A stretch of DNA of 64,000 nt from Deltaproteobacteria bacterium (lineage in GTDB: Bacteria > Myxococcota > Kuafuiibacteriia > Kuafuiibacteriales > Kuafuiibacteriaceae): assembly GCA_020632995.1 (NCBI GenBank), contig JACKEN010000008.1, positions 114,064 to 178,063 of the forward strand, written 5' to 3'. A model generated the notes under the pieces. The model did no database searches and was not told the DNA's origin. It worked only from the letters and a program-made list of their open reading frames with translations. Of this stretch, positions 51,190-60,954 are shown piece after piece. Position 1 is the first letter of the stretch. The number at the start of each line of letters is the position of its first letter. A program made the position numbers and the translations under genes.

Positions 51190-52516
51190 TGCGCACCGTC
51201 ACCACCCGCGCCGAGTCGCTGTCCTCGCCGATGGCGTGACTGGTGAAGAGGTAGGCGACGTCCCCCGAGACCACGGCGGTCCAGGTGATGTTGTTCGTGT
51301 CCGGGTACGCCCCGGAGTCGGGGCCCACCATGGGGCAAGGTGACTTGCCGACCTGGTAGTGGGAGGCGAACGGGCCCCGGGTGGTGACGAGCAGCCCGCC
51401 CGCGAAGGTGGTGAGGCTGTCGGCGGCCGCCGCGTCGGGGATGGATGCGACGGCCTCGTAGTCGCGGGGATGGAAGGCCACGAGGAGCCCGTTGTCGGTG
51501 AGCCCGTACAGCTGTCCGTCCAGCTCCGCCAGCGCGGTCAGGTACCCGAAGACGATGTTCACCCGCACCGCGTCCGCGCGCACCCCGCCCTCGACGACCT
51601 CCACCGTGCCCCACAGGGGCGCCACCGCCGCCACCTTGTCGGGGCCGAGCCAGCGCAGCGCCCCGATCAGATCGCTCCCGTAGCTGAGGTCGAGCGGCGT
51701 CTCGCGCCACTCCCCCTCGCCCCGGCGCAGCAGGACCCCGTAGCGGGTCAGGGCGAAGAGCTCGGACGGGGCGTCGGCGCGCGTCGGCGTCGCCATCCAC
51801 CGGATCAACTGCTGGGTGGGGGGCGCGGGCGCGGGCTGAAAGCCACCCTCCAGAGTCCCTACCGCGAGCGGCGGCGCGCGCCCCGACAGCCAGATGGCGC
51901 CGGTCGCCGTTCGGGTCCCCGCGAAGACGTTGCTCAGCCCCACCGTCCCCGTCCGCACGATGGAGGTCTCGTCGATCCGAAACACCACCCCGAAGCGGTT
52001 GATGGCCAAGACCCCGCCGCCCGGCTCGGGGAACGCCACGAGGACCCGCCCGAGCTCCCCGAGGTTCCGCACCTTCATGTCCAGCATCTTGCAGTGCGCG
52101 GTGTCTTCGGGCGCCGGGAGGCGGAAGGCGAGGTCGGTGGGGAGGGTCGTGGTCTCGGCCCACGCTCCGGCCGCGCCCGCCGTCACCGTCCGGAGGAAGC
52201 GCCCACCTCCGGGGTCACGGGGCGGGACGCCCTCCGGATCCTGGTCGAGCACCCCGGGCCCTTGGCCCAGCTCGGCCAGGGTCTCCGGGTACAGGAGCGC
52301 GGCCAGCCGGACCTCCCCCCGCAGCTCGGGCAGGGCGGGGAGCTGCCAGGACGAGGGCTCGGCCTCGCGGTCCAGCGCGTACACCGTGAGGTCGTCGTCG
52401 TGACGCATCGCGACCAGCAGCGACCGGGTGCCGGGCGCGTCGGGGAGCGGCACCTCGAGGACCTGCTGCCCACACCCGGCCGTCAGCACGGCCAGGGCCC
52501 ACACCCACCTCCGCAT
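51179..52516 (-). CDS. Hypothetical lipoprotein, beta-rich (paralog A)
   Basis: MRRWVWALAVLTAGC lipobox; colinear with 52569-53891. Confidence 0.75.
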   Translation of the reverse strand: MRRWVWALAVLTAGCGQQVLEVPLPDAPGTRSLLVAMRHDDDLTVYALDREAEPSSWQLPALPELRGEVRLAALLYPETLAELGQGPGVLDQDPEGVPPRDPGGGRFLRTVTAGAAGAWAETTTLPTDLAFRLPAPEDTAHCKMLDMKVRNLGELGRVLVAFPEPGGGVLAINRFGVVFRIDETSIVRTGTVGLSNVFAGTRTATGAIWLSGRAPPLAVGTLEGGFQPAPAPPTQQLIRWMATPTRADAPSELFALTRYGVLLRRGEGEWRETPLDLSYGSDLIGALRWLGPDKVAAVAPLWGTVEVVEGGVRADAVRVNIVFGYLTALAELDGQLYGLTDNGLLVAFHPRDYEAVASIPDAAAADSLTTFAGGLLVTTRGPFASHYQVGKSPCPMVGPDSGAYPDTNNITWTAVVSGDVAYLFTSHAIGEDSDSARVVTVRIME

Positions 52517-52568
52517 GGGCCTACTCTACCAGCGGTGGCCTGCGGCTTCGACTTCGGGCCGGCGTCGG

Positions 52569-53891
52569 CTACTCGTCCAGGCGCACCGTGACCACCCACG
52601 CGGACGCTTCGTCCGCCATGGCGGCCTGGCCGGTGAAGAGGTAGGCCACGTCCCCCGAGACCACCGCGGTCCACACCTCGTGTTCGAGGCCAGGGACCTT
52701 GACGCCCGGGCAAGGCAGCTTGTCGAACTGGTAGTGCGTGATCCAGGGCCCGCGCGCGGTGGCGAGGAGGCCCCCCTGGAAGGGCGTGAGGGTGTCCGCC
52801 TTGGTCGCCTCGGGGACCTGCAACTGCGCCAGCGTCGAGTAGGTGTTCGGGTCGAGGCGCAGGAGCAGGCCGCTTACGGTGAGACCGTAGAGCTGGTCGT
52901 CCATCAAGGCGAGGTCCACCGTCGCGTCGACGACGTCCAGCACCACGTCGCTCCGCTCTCTGTTCACGTCCACCACGCTCACGATGCTCTGGAGGGGGGA
53001 GAGCGCGGCCACCCGACCAGGGCCCAGCCACTCCAGTGCCCCGAAGTGATCGCTCCCGGCGGAGATCGCCAGATCCTGGCTCTGCCACCCGCCTTCGAAC
53101 CACCGCAAGAGGGCGCCGTAGCGGGTCAGCGCGAAGACCTCGGCCGGCGCGTCCGCGCGGGTTGGCGCGGCCATCCACCGGACGGCGTCGCGGATCGCGG
53201 GTTGGGTCACCGGGCGGAAGTGCCCGGGGCCGTCGCCCGCGGACACCAGCGGATCGTAGCCGGCGAGCCAGTAGGTGCCGGTGGCGGTGCGGGTCCCCGC
53301 CGTGACGTGCTCGAGGCCCACCGAGCCCAGCGGCTCGATGGTGTCCTCGTGGATGCGGAACGCGAGGCCGAAGCGGTTGATGGCCAGGACGCCGCCCTCG
53401 GGCTGAGGGAACGCGGCGAGGACCCGCCCCGGCGTGCCCAGGTCTCGCGCGACGAACCGGGGCGTCTTGCAGTGTCCCCGCGGCAGCGGCACCAGCTGGA
53501 AGTCGAGGTCGGCGTCGAGGGCGCTCACCTCGGCCCAACCGCTCGGCGCGCCGCCCTCCACCGTGAGCTGAAAGCGTCCGCGCTTCGGGCTCGGGGGCGG
53601 CTCGCCCGCAGGATCCACGAGGAGCTCGCCCGCGTCCCGCCCCAGCTCGGCCAGGGTCTCGGGGTACAGGAGCGCGGCCAGCCGGACGTCCCCGCGCACC
53701 TCGGGCAGGCCCGGGAGCGCCCACGACGAGGGCTCGGCCTCCCGGTCCACCGCGTAGACCGTGAGGCGATCGTCGTAGCGCATCGCGACGAGGATCGAGC
53801 GGGTGCCGGGGACGTCGGGGAGCGCCACCTCCACCACCTGCTGGCTGCACCCCGCGCCGAGGGCGGCCAGGGCCCACGCCCACCTCCGCAT
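52569..53891 (-). CDS. Hypothetical lipoprotein, beta-rich (paralog B)
   Basis: MRRWAWALAALGAGC; shares RLAALLYPETLAELG, GGVLAINRFG and WTAVVSGDVAYLFT with paralog A. Confidence 0.75.
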   Translation of the reverse strand: MRRWAWALAALGAGCSQQVVEVALPDVPGTRSILVAMRYDDRLTVYAVDREAEPSSWALPGLPEVRGDVRLAALLYPETLAELGRDAGELLVDPAGEPPPSPKRGRFQLTVEGGAPSGWAEVSALDADLDFQLVPLPRGHCKTPRFVARDLGTPGRVLAAFPQPEGGVLAINRFGLAFRIHEDTIEPLGSVGLEHVTAGTRTATGTYWLAGYDPLVSAGDGPGHFRPVTQPAIRDAVRWMAAPTRADAPAEVFALTRYGALLRWFEGGWQSQDLAISAGSDHFGALEWLGPGRVAALSPLQSIVSVVDVNRERSDVVLDVVDATVDLALMDDQLYGLTVSGLLLRLDPNTYSTLAQLQVPEATKADTLTPFQGGLLATARGPWITHYQFDKLPCPGVKVPGLEHEVWTAVVSGDVAYLFTGQAAMADEASAWVVTVRLDE

Positions 53892-53917
53892 GCGCCCAGT
53901 CTATCAGCCCTCGCGCG

Positions 53918-54460
53918 CTACTTCGACTTGGGCCGGAACGCCTTCACCGTGGCCTCGTCCGTGGTCAGGTAGGGGCCGTCGATGAGGTCGATGCAGTACG
54001 GGATGGCCGGCATCACCGCGTCCAGGCACTCCCGGATCGACTTCGGCTTGCCGGGCAGGTTGACGATGAGCGCCTTGCCCCGGATCGCCGCGGTCTGACG
54101 GGAGAGGATCGCGGTGGGGACGTACTGCAGGCTGACCTGCCGCATGAGCTCACCGAAGCCGGGCATGGGCTTGTCGGCCACCGCGAGGGTGGCCTCGGGG
54201 GTCACGTCCCGCGGCGCGGGGCCGGTGCCGCCGGTGGTCACCACGAGGCAGCAGCCCTCGTCGTCGACCAGCGCCTTCAGCGTCGCCTCGATCACCGGCT
54301 GGTCATCGGAGATCACCCGGGCCACGGGTTCCCACTGTGAGGTCAACACCTCTTCGAAGTAGCCCCGGATGGCGGGCCCTCCGAGGTCCTCGTATTCGCC
54401 GCGGCTCGCGCGGTCGGAGACGGTCACGATGCCGATCCTGGCCACCTGCTGGTTGTTCAC
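53918..54460 (-). CDS. mog: Molybdopterin adenylyltransferase
   Basis: IGIVTVSDRASRGEYED, TTGGTGPAPRDVTPEAT, NLPGKPKSI. Confidence 0.95.
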   Translation of the reverse strand: MNNQQVARIGIVTVSDRASRGEYEDLGGPAIRGYFEEVLTSQWEPVARVISDDQPVIEATLKALVDDEGCCLVVTTGGTGPAPRDVTPEATLAVADKPMPGFGELMRQVSLQYVPTAILSRQTAAIRGKALIVNLPGKPKSIRECLDAVMPAIPYCIDLIDGPYLTTDEATVKAFRPKSK

Positions 54461-54539
54461 GAGCCGGGAGGTAGTCCATACCGACCCTCCCCGACAAGGT
54501 GCTTGGCGCCCTCGCGGCCATCGTCCATGCTCCCGCGCC

Positions 54540-56327
54540 ATGGAAGCTCCCGCGGGCCCGACACGGGCGCGGCGGCGCTGGCTCAGGCGCCTGGCCGTGG
54601 TGGTGGCCCTCGGGGCTGCGCTCCTGGCCCTGGTCTACGCCTTCCGGCACCGGGTGGTGGGGGAGGTCCTCGACTTCCCCGAGTTCACCCACGAGGAGGG
54701 CGAGCACCGCGCGTTCATGCTCCCGATGGCGGACGGGGTGGAGCTCTACACGCAAGTCTTCCTGCCACAGGGCGAGGGGCCGTGGCCGGTGGTGCTGGTG
54801 CGGAGCCCCTACGACGTGGCCGACAGCTTCGCCACGCTGTGTGGGCTCTTCGTGCGCTACGGCTACGGCTGCGTGTACCAGGACGTGCGGGGCCGCATGC
54901 GCTCACAGGGCGAGTGGGTGCCCATGTACAACGAGCGCGCGGACGGCATCACCACCCTCGACTGGCTGGTGAAGCAGGACTTCATGAACGGCAACATCGC
55001 GCTGTTCGGCATGAGCTACCTGGCGTCGGTCCAGTGGGCGGTGGCCGACGTGCTCCCGCCCGAGGTGAAGACCATGGTGCCGATGGTCTACGGCATGGAC
55101 GGCTATGGCGCGCAGTACGAGGGCGGTCTGTTCAAGCACGAGGTCATCACCGCGTGGGCGGCCCTGATGCCGGATCGCGACATGCACCTCGGGAACGGCG
55201 CCGCCTACCACGCGGCCACCCGCTACCGCCCGGCGAAGGACGTGGACGAGAAGCTCTTCGGGGTGCGCCTGCCCTGGTACGAGACCTGGATCGAGGCCGA
55301 CACCCGCGGCGCCGCGTTCTGGAACCGGGAGGACGTGCGCTTCATGCGCCTGCAGCCGGCCCGCACCAAGGTGCCGGTGCTGATCCTCGGGGGGTGGTTC
55401 GACGTCTTCCTCGGTCCCCAGCTGAAGGACGTGGCCCGCCTCGCCACCCGGGCCGAGAGCCGGGTCCTCATCGGCCCGTGGCATCACCTGCAGTTCAGCG
55501 ACAGCGCGCAGCCCAACGACATCGGCCTCGGGGGCGAGTGGCGCGAGGTGTTGGAGTGGCTGGATCACCACCTGAAGGGCCGCCCCTACGCCCGCGAGAC
55601 GGGCGTGATCGTGACCTACGCGATGGGCGCGGGGACCTGGCACACCCGGCCGGACTTCCCGCCCCCCACGCAGCCGGCGCGCTGGTCCCTGGACGCGCTG
55701 GAGGCGAGCCTCGGCTGCCCCGGCGGGCGCCTCGTCACGGGGCCGGTGCCCACCGCCACCGTGGCCTACCGCTACGATCCCGACGATCCGGTGCCGTCCC
55801 AGGGTGGTGGTGCGCTCCTCGCCTTCGCGTTCGGGACCTTCGACGGGGTGCGGCCGGGCGCGGTGGCCCAGGACGAGCGGTGCGATCGGCAAGACGTCTT
55901 GACGTTCCGGTCCGAGATCGTGCAACAGAGCCTGCACATCGCGGGGCCGGTGCAGGTGGAGTTGACGGTGAGCTCGAGCGCGCCCGACACCGCCTTCACC
56001 GCCAAGCTGATCCAGGAGGGGCCGGACGGGTCGCGCGTGAACATCCGCGATGGCGCGATCACCCTCGCCATGCGCGGGGGCGAGGATCGGCGCCGCCCCT
56101 ACACACCCGGCGACCGGGTCGAGGTGCGGATCGAGACCTGGCCGATCGAGTGGGTGGTGCCGCCCGGCGCCCGCCTGGTGCTCGAGGTCTCGAGCAGCAA
56201 CTTCCCCGCCCTGCACGCCCACCCCAACCGCTACGGGCCCTGGGCGGAGCAGGACGGCGCGGACGTGGCCACCAACCGTGTGCACGGAGGATCATTGATC
56301 CTTCCGATCTGGGAGGATCCGACCTGA
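54540..56327 (+). CDS. CocE/NonD (S15) family hydrolase with an N-terminal TM anchor
   Basis: RSPY, QDVRGR, GMSY nucleophile, GWFD, GPWHH, SSSNFP. Confidence 0.9.
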   Translation: MEAPAGPTRARRRWLRRLAVVVALGAALLALVYAFRHRVVGEVLDFPEFTHEEGEHRAFMLPMADGVELYTQVFLPQGEGPWPVVLVRSPYDVADSFATLCGLFVRYGYGCVYQDVRGRMRSQGEWVPMYNERADGITTLDWLVKQDFMNGNIALFGMSYLASVQWAVADVLPPEVKTMVPMVYGMDGYGAQYEGGLFKHEVITAWAALMPDRDMHLGNGAAYHAATRYRPAKDVDEKLFGVRLPWYETWIEADTRGAAFWNREDVRFMRLQPARTKVPVLILGGWFDVFLGPQLKDVARLATRAESRVLIGPWHHLQFSDSAQPNDIGLGGEWREVLEWLDHHLKGRPYARETGVIVTYAMGAGTWHTRPDFPPPTQPARWSLDALEASLGCPGGRLVTGPVPTATVAYRYDPDDPVPSQGGGALLAFAFGTFDGVRPGAVAQDERCDRQDVLTFRSEIVQQSLHIAGPVQVELTVSSSAPDTAFTAKLIQEGPDGSRVNIRDGAITLAMRGGEDRRRPYTPGDRVEVRIETWPIEWVVPPGARLVLEVSSSNFPALHAHPNRYGPWAEQDGADVATNRVHGGSLILPIWEDPT

Positions 56328-56490
56328 CCTGCGTACATTTACGCACATAGACCGGCGGCGTACCACTTGGTCTGAAGGCCGCGAACGGCAGTTCGGAAAG
56401 CCACCTTGCTTGACTGGAGCGCCGACGCGGCCTAGTCATCACCCGGTAAGGGCGCCCGTTCGAGGCGTTACGAGGGAGAGGACAGAAGCG

Positions 56491-56928
56491 ATGAAGCGAT
56501 TCTGGTTGGTTGGAGCCCTGTCGTTGGCCGCGTTGGCCTGTGATCCGAACACGAAGCCCACGGACACCGTGCGCAACAACACCTATTCCAGCGCCGATGA
56601 GCCTGGCTGGACCATCTCAGCCATCTCCGTGCGCGTTGCCGTCGATGACGCTGGCGAGCTGCTGGCGCCCGGCGCTGCGGGTGAGTACGGTGCGAACATC
56701 CTGAGCGGTGACCTGGCCCCCAACTCCGCCGCTGCGGGCGAGACGCCCAGCGCGGGCTCGGAGCAGACCATCAGCGCGCTCGACTGCAACAGCTACGACG
56801 TCAAGGTCACGGTCGGCGGCGTCGACTGCGAGCTGACCGACGAGCAGGGCACCGGGCCCCGGTACCTCTGCTTCTCCCAGCACCGCTGGGACATCAGCGC
56901 GGACGAGCTCGGCGACTGCGGCTTCTGA
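56491..56928 (+). CDS. Small hypothetical lipoprotein
   Basis: GGAGAGG SD-like sequence; MKRFWLVGALSLAALAC lipobox. Confidence 0.7.
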   Translation: MKRFWLVGALSLAALACDPNTKPTDTVRNNTYSSADEPGWTISAISVRVAVDDAGELLAPGAAGEYGANILSGDLAPNSAAAGETPSAGSEQTISALDCNSYDVKVTVGGVDCELTDEQGTGPRYLCFSQHRWDISADELGDCGF

Positions 56929-56940
56929 TGCCGCGTGGGG

Positions 56941-56960
56941 GGTGGGCCTTCGGGCCCACC
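56941..56960. terminator. GC-rich hairpin between convergent genes (likely bidirectional terminator)
   Basis: GGTGGGCC-TTCG-GGCCCACC: perfect 8-bp stem with a cUUCGg loop; no U-tract. Confidence 0.6.
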
Positions 56961-57571
56961 TACCCTTCCCGGGCCAGGCGGTCCCGCGCCCGCACCATCC
57001 GGTGGGCGGCGCCGTAGATCAGCCCCAGCGGGCCCAGGTGGAACACGAACAGGTGCACCGGGTCCGTCGCTCCGCAGCGCATGTGGAGCAGCGCGAGGCC
57101 CACCCCGGTCATCCCCAAGGCCATCACCAGCGCGGGGTTCGGGAAGCGGCGCCACAGGCGCCCGCTCAGGATCCCCAGCACCAGCATGGCCAGGCCCGAG
57201 GTGCCGGTGCCGAACAGGAAACACGGCATCCCGGCCCGGAGCTGATCCTCGGGGCTCGGGCCGCCGGGGACCACGGTCATGAGCAGCGCGGCCACGGTGC
57301 CGAGGGCGACCCCGCCCGCCGCCGCGTACACCCAGCGCTGGCTCACCAGGGGTAGCCCGAGGGTGATCGCCACGCCGACCAGGGTCCCGGTGAGGAGGAG
57401 GGCGAGCGCGAGGCCCCAGACCGCGTCGCGGCCATGGGCGGCGTCCGGTACGGGCTGGAGCCACGTCAGGCCCATCCAGGCGGCCAGGAGCGCGGCGTAG
57501 CCGGCCAGGGCGACGCCTCGGCGTTGCTTCAGGGTCCGGAGATCACTCCGGATTTGGCCGACTGCATCCAT
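56960..57571 (-). CDS. NrsF/DUF1109-like membrane protein (putative anti-sigma factor)
   Basis: About five TM helices; MPCFLFG and LHMRCGATDPVHLFVFH Cys/His motifs. Confidence 0.6.
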   Translation of the reverse strand: MDAVGQIRSDLRTLKQRRGVALAGYAALLAAWMGLTWLQPVPDAAHGRDAVWGLALALLLTGTLVGVAITLGLPLVSQRWVYAAAGGVALGTVAALLMTVVPGGPSPEDQLRAGMPCFLFGTGTSGLAMLVLGILSGRLWRRFPNPALVMALGMTGVGLALLHMRCGATDPVHLFVFHLGPLGLIYGAAHRMVRARDRLAREG

Positions 57572-57699
57572 CGTGGGGTTCAGGCTCTCGCTCCGGGGTA
57601 CGGCGGCGCGCCGCGGGCTGTTACCCTCGCGCCCGACCAAGCCTTCGCGGCGGGGCGCGATCTGCGGTAACCAGAACCGCCCCGACCGGGTAGAACAAC

Positions 57700-58371
57700 G
57701 TGGTGCGCCTCGTGAAGATCCCCGGCCTCACCGCCGCCCTCGCCCTGGTCGTGCTGGCCGCCGGGTGTGGCCAGAACATCGTGGGCGCGCTGCCGCTCGA
57801 GGACGCGGGTGTCCAGCCCGACGCGGGCGAGGGCGTAGACGGGGGCGTGGATCCGAACGCGTACCCGGACGGCCCCTACGGCGCGTTCGTGGGCGACACC
57901 CTCGTCAACATGGCTTTCAATGGCTACGTGAACGACCACCCCTCCGAGGGCGCGGTCGAGAACAGCGGCTACATCGAGGGCTACACGTTCCAGGACGTGC
58001 GCGAGCTCGGGCGCTACCGCTACATGCTCATCAACGTGGCGGCGGAGTGGTGCCAGGGGTGCCGCGTGGAGGCACAGCAGATCCCCGGGCTCTACGAGGC
58101 GTGGGCCAACCGGGGCGGCTACGTCATGAGCGTCATCACCGAGAACTCGTCGTCGCGGCCCGCCAGCAAGCGCAACCTGGACGCCTGGGTGGCCACGTAT
58201 CCTATCAACTACACCATGGTCCACGACCCGGAGTCGCTCATCAGTCGCAACCTGGGTTACGACACGCTGCCCCTGAACGTGATCGTGGACCTGGAGACCA
58301 TGACGATCACCCACCGGGTGTTCGGCGAGGACTTCGCCATCTTCCAGACCTTCGATGGGCTCCTGCCCTGA
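57700..58371 (+). CDS. TlpA/redoxin-family lipoprotein 1
   Basis: Lipobox LAAGC; PDGPYG; INVAAEWCQGC (CxxC); LPLNVIVD. Confidence 0.82.
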   Translation: MVRLVKIPGLTAALALVVLAAGCGQNIVGALPLEDAGVQPDAGEGVDGGVDPNAYPDGPYGAFVGDTLVNMAFNGYVNDHPSEGAVENSGYIEGYTFQDVRELGRYRYMLINVAAEWCQGCRVEAQQIPGLYEAWANRGGYVMSVITENSSSRPASKRNLDAWVATYPINYTMVHDPESLISRNLGYDTLPLNVIVDLETMTITHRVFGEDFAIFQTFDGLLP

Positions 58372-58390
58372 GGAACCGAGACCAACCCCC

Positions 58391-58957
58391 ATGCGAGCGC
58401 ACCTCACTTCCCTCTTCATCGCGGCCCTCGTCGGCTGCGCCAGCACCCAGCCCGCTCCCGCGGGCGACGGGGACGCGGCCAAGGCGCCGGTGACCGACGC
58501 GGCGAAGGCGGCCGGCAAGGCCGCCGCGGCCAAGATCCCCGACTTCACGCTGGAGACGGTGGACGGTGAGCGCTTCACCCTCTCCGAGCACGTGGGCCAG
58601 GAGGTCATCGTGATGAGCTTCTGGGCCACCTGGTGCCAGCCCTGCCTCGCCGAGCTGCCGCACCTGGACGCGCTCTACCAGCAGGAGAAGGACAACGGCC
58701 TCCTCGTGGTGGCGGTGTCCATGGACGAGCCCACCAGCCAGGCCGAGGTGGCCCCCACCGTGGCGCGGCTCGGGCTCACCATGCCGGTGGTGCTCGACAC
58801 CGAGCAGCGGGCGGTGGCGCTGTACAACCGCTCCCGGAACGCCCCGATGACCGTGGTCATCGACAAGGGCGGCCAGGTGGTGCGGGCCAGCGCGGGCTAC
58901 AACCCCGGTGACGAAGAGCACCTGGCGGAGGAGGTCCGAGGCCTCCTCGCCCAGTAG
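58391..58957 (+). CDS. TlpA/redoxin-family lipoprotein 2
   Basis: Lipobox ALVGC; PDFTLETVDG; SFWATWCQPCLAELP; atypical AP in place of the usual cis-Pro xP loop context. Confidence 0.9.
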   Translation: MRAHLTSLFIAALVGCASTQPAPAGDGDAAKAPVTDAAKAAGKAAAAKIPDFTLETVDGERFTLSEHVGQEVIVMSFWATWCQPCLAELPHLDALYQQEKDNGLLVVAVSMDEPTSQAEVAPTVARLGLTMPVVLDTEQRAVALYNRSRNAPMTVVIDKGGQVVRASAGYNPGDEEHLAEEVRGLLAQ

Positions 58958-58973
58958 CCCGGGCCACCGCGTC

Positions 58974-60929
58974 ATGAGCAAGCTGACTTGCGTGCGCCTC
59001 GCGGTGGCGGGGGTCGCGGTCTGCCTTTGCGCCCCTGCGCTCGCGCAGGTGGGCACGAGCAGCACCGCGCCGACCCAGAACCTGGCGGACCCGGTGGGGA
59101 TCCCGGTGGCGGAGCCCTGGTACAAGAAGCTGCGGTACGAGCTCCTCGTGCTGTCCACCGCGCGCTGGCAGCAGGACAACGGCGACCTCACCGAGGCGGG
59201 CCACAGCAAGTGGAACCCGTCGGGCGAGAACTTCGGCGACCTCGTCACCACCATCGGTGGCTCGGTGGGCTACGAGCGCTTCCTCTTCGCGGCGCGCTTC
59301 GACACCGCGTTCTACTTCCACAAGCCGGTGGCGGCGGAGAGCGCCAGCCCCCTGATCCAGCTGGATCTGCAGGACCGCTACGTGAACCAGGTGCGGCCGG
59401 AGTACATCGCGTTCAGCTACAACGGCCCGGACGCCTCCGTCGTGCTGGGCGACTACTACATGACCCTGGGCCGCGGGATGGTGCTCTCGGTGCGCAAGGT
59501 GGGTGACGTCGGGGTCGACAACAAGCTCACCGGCGCCCGGGTCACCAACCGCGTGAAGCTCCCGGTGGGCGACCTCAGCCTCACCGAGTTCGCGGGGTGG
59601 TCGAACATCAAGAACTACGAGACGGGCACCGGCTACTACTACCCGGAGCGGCCGAGCGACGCGGCGGATCCCGACAAGCGCTTCTATGATGCCTTGGACT
59701 TCGTCACCGGCGGTCGGGCCGAGTACAGCCTCGGCAAGTACATGAAGGTCGGCGCGCACGCCGCCCAGATCGCCTCGCCCGAGGACGAGCTGGGGGAGCG
59801 GGCCACGGTGCGGGGCTACGGCGCCAACGTGGAGCTGCCGCGGCCGGTGAAGTGGGCCTCGCTCTACGTCGAGGCGGCGCGCCTCACCCGGGACGACAGC
59901 CGCCTCGAGACCCCGAAGAACCGCCAGGTCGGCCAGGCCCTCACCGACGTGAACGAGGAGGGCTGGGGCCTGTACTCCAACGCCAACCTCTACTTCGGGC
60001 CCGCCACCGTCCTCATCGAAGGCAAGTACTACGACAACATGTTCAACGTGTTCCCGCGGGGCATCCGGCAGCCGCGGCGCCAGGTGCTGAACCGCCTGGT
60101 CGAGCCCCCGACCGCGGAGCGCCCGCTGACCCTGCTGCTCGCGAACAACACCGTGTACGGCGGCCGGATGCGGGTGGACTATCGGGTGGCGCCGGGGTGG
60201 GTGCCCTACCTCGCGGGTGGCCTGTACCGCGACAACTCGTTCGGGCGGCAGTCCGACGGCACCGCGATCGACACCGTGCCGCCCACCAACATCAGCGCGA
60301 TCTACGGCGGGGCGCGGGTGACGCAGAAGTGGGCCGAGATCAGCGTCGAGGGCGGGTACCGCACTCAACGCAACCACTACTCCGCGGAGCGCAAGCAGGC
60401 CTCCGATCCCGACGAGGCCCAGCGGGCCAAGGATCTCGACGGCTCCACCTTCCGCGACGACATGCACGTGATGCTCGACTACCGGATGCCGGTCTGGGGC
60501 CCGCTCTCCGTCGAGGTGGCGCTCAACTACCTGCTCGCGCGGCAGGAGAACGCCACCGTGGACTGCCGAGACGTCCCCGCCGTCGCGGAAACCGACGAGG
60601 AGGAGCGGGAGGTCGACGCCTGCAATACGCGGGGGGCCGACCAGGTGTTCGTCTCGCTCCCCGACCAGTGGCACGAAGGCCGCCTTGCACTCTCGGTGAT
60701 CTCGTCCCAGGGCTTCTCGATCACCGGGGCCTACGAGTTCTATACGCGCCAGCCCACCGTCTACAAGCAGCACTACTTCTCGATCGGCGGGCAGTGGAAG
60801 TTCATGGACGGCAGCATCGTGCGCGCGTTGTACGGTGGTGAGCGCGCGGGCCTGAAGTGCTCGGGCGGGGTGTGTCGCTTCTTCCCCGGCTTCGAGGGCG
60901 GCCGGATCGAGCTGGAGATGCGCCTGTAG
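58974..60929 (+). CDS. Outer-membrane beta-barrel, DUF6029-like
   Basis: Signal peptide; alternating aromatic strands; GDYYMTLGRGMVLSVR; C-terminal GGERAGLKCSGGVCRFFPGFEG. Confidence 0.62.
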   Translation: MSKLTCVRLAVAGVAVCLCAPALAQVGTSSTAPTQNLADPVGIPVAEPWYKKLRYELLVLSTARWQQDNGDLTEAGHSKWNPSGENFGDLVTTIGGSVGYERFLFAARFDTAFYFHKPVAAESASPLIQLDLQDRYVNQVRPEYIAFSYNGPDASVVLGDYYMTLGRGMVLSVRKVGDVGVDNKLTGARVTNRVKLPVGDLSLTEFAGWSNIKNYETGTGYYYPERPSDAADPDKRFYDALDFVTGGRAEYSLGKYMKVGAHAAQIASPEDELGERATVRGYGANVELPRPVKWASLYVEAARLTRDDSRLETPKNRQVGQALTDVNEEGWGLYSNANLYFGPATVLIEGKYYDNMFNVFPRGIRQPRRQVLNRLVEPPTAERPLTLLLANNTVYGGRMRVDYRVAPGWVPYLAGGLYRDNSFGRQSDGTAIDTVPPTNISAIYGGARVTQKWAEISVEGGYRTQRNHYSAERKQASDPDEAQRAKDLDGSTFRDDMHVMLDYRMPVWGPLSVEVALNYLLARQENATVDCRDVPAVAETDEEEREVDACNTRGADQVFVSLPDQWHEGRLALSVISSQGFSITGAYEFYTRQPTVYKQHYFSIGGQWKFMDGSIVRALYGGERAGLKCSGGVCRFFPGFEGGRIELEMRL

Positions 60930-60954
60930 CGCCACTCTGGTAGAGATCGGGGTC

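Noticed and set aside
56369-56405. Hammerhead-like CTGAAGG ... GAAAG arrangement
   Set aside because: The core deviates from CUGANGA/GAAAC and stems I and III could not be formed convincingly; kept only as a generic structured region.
56400-56460. Partial resemblance to GEMM-I (c-di-GMP/cGAMP) and ZTP riboswitch words
   Set aside because: Key conserved segments are missing or in the wrong order.
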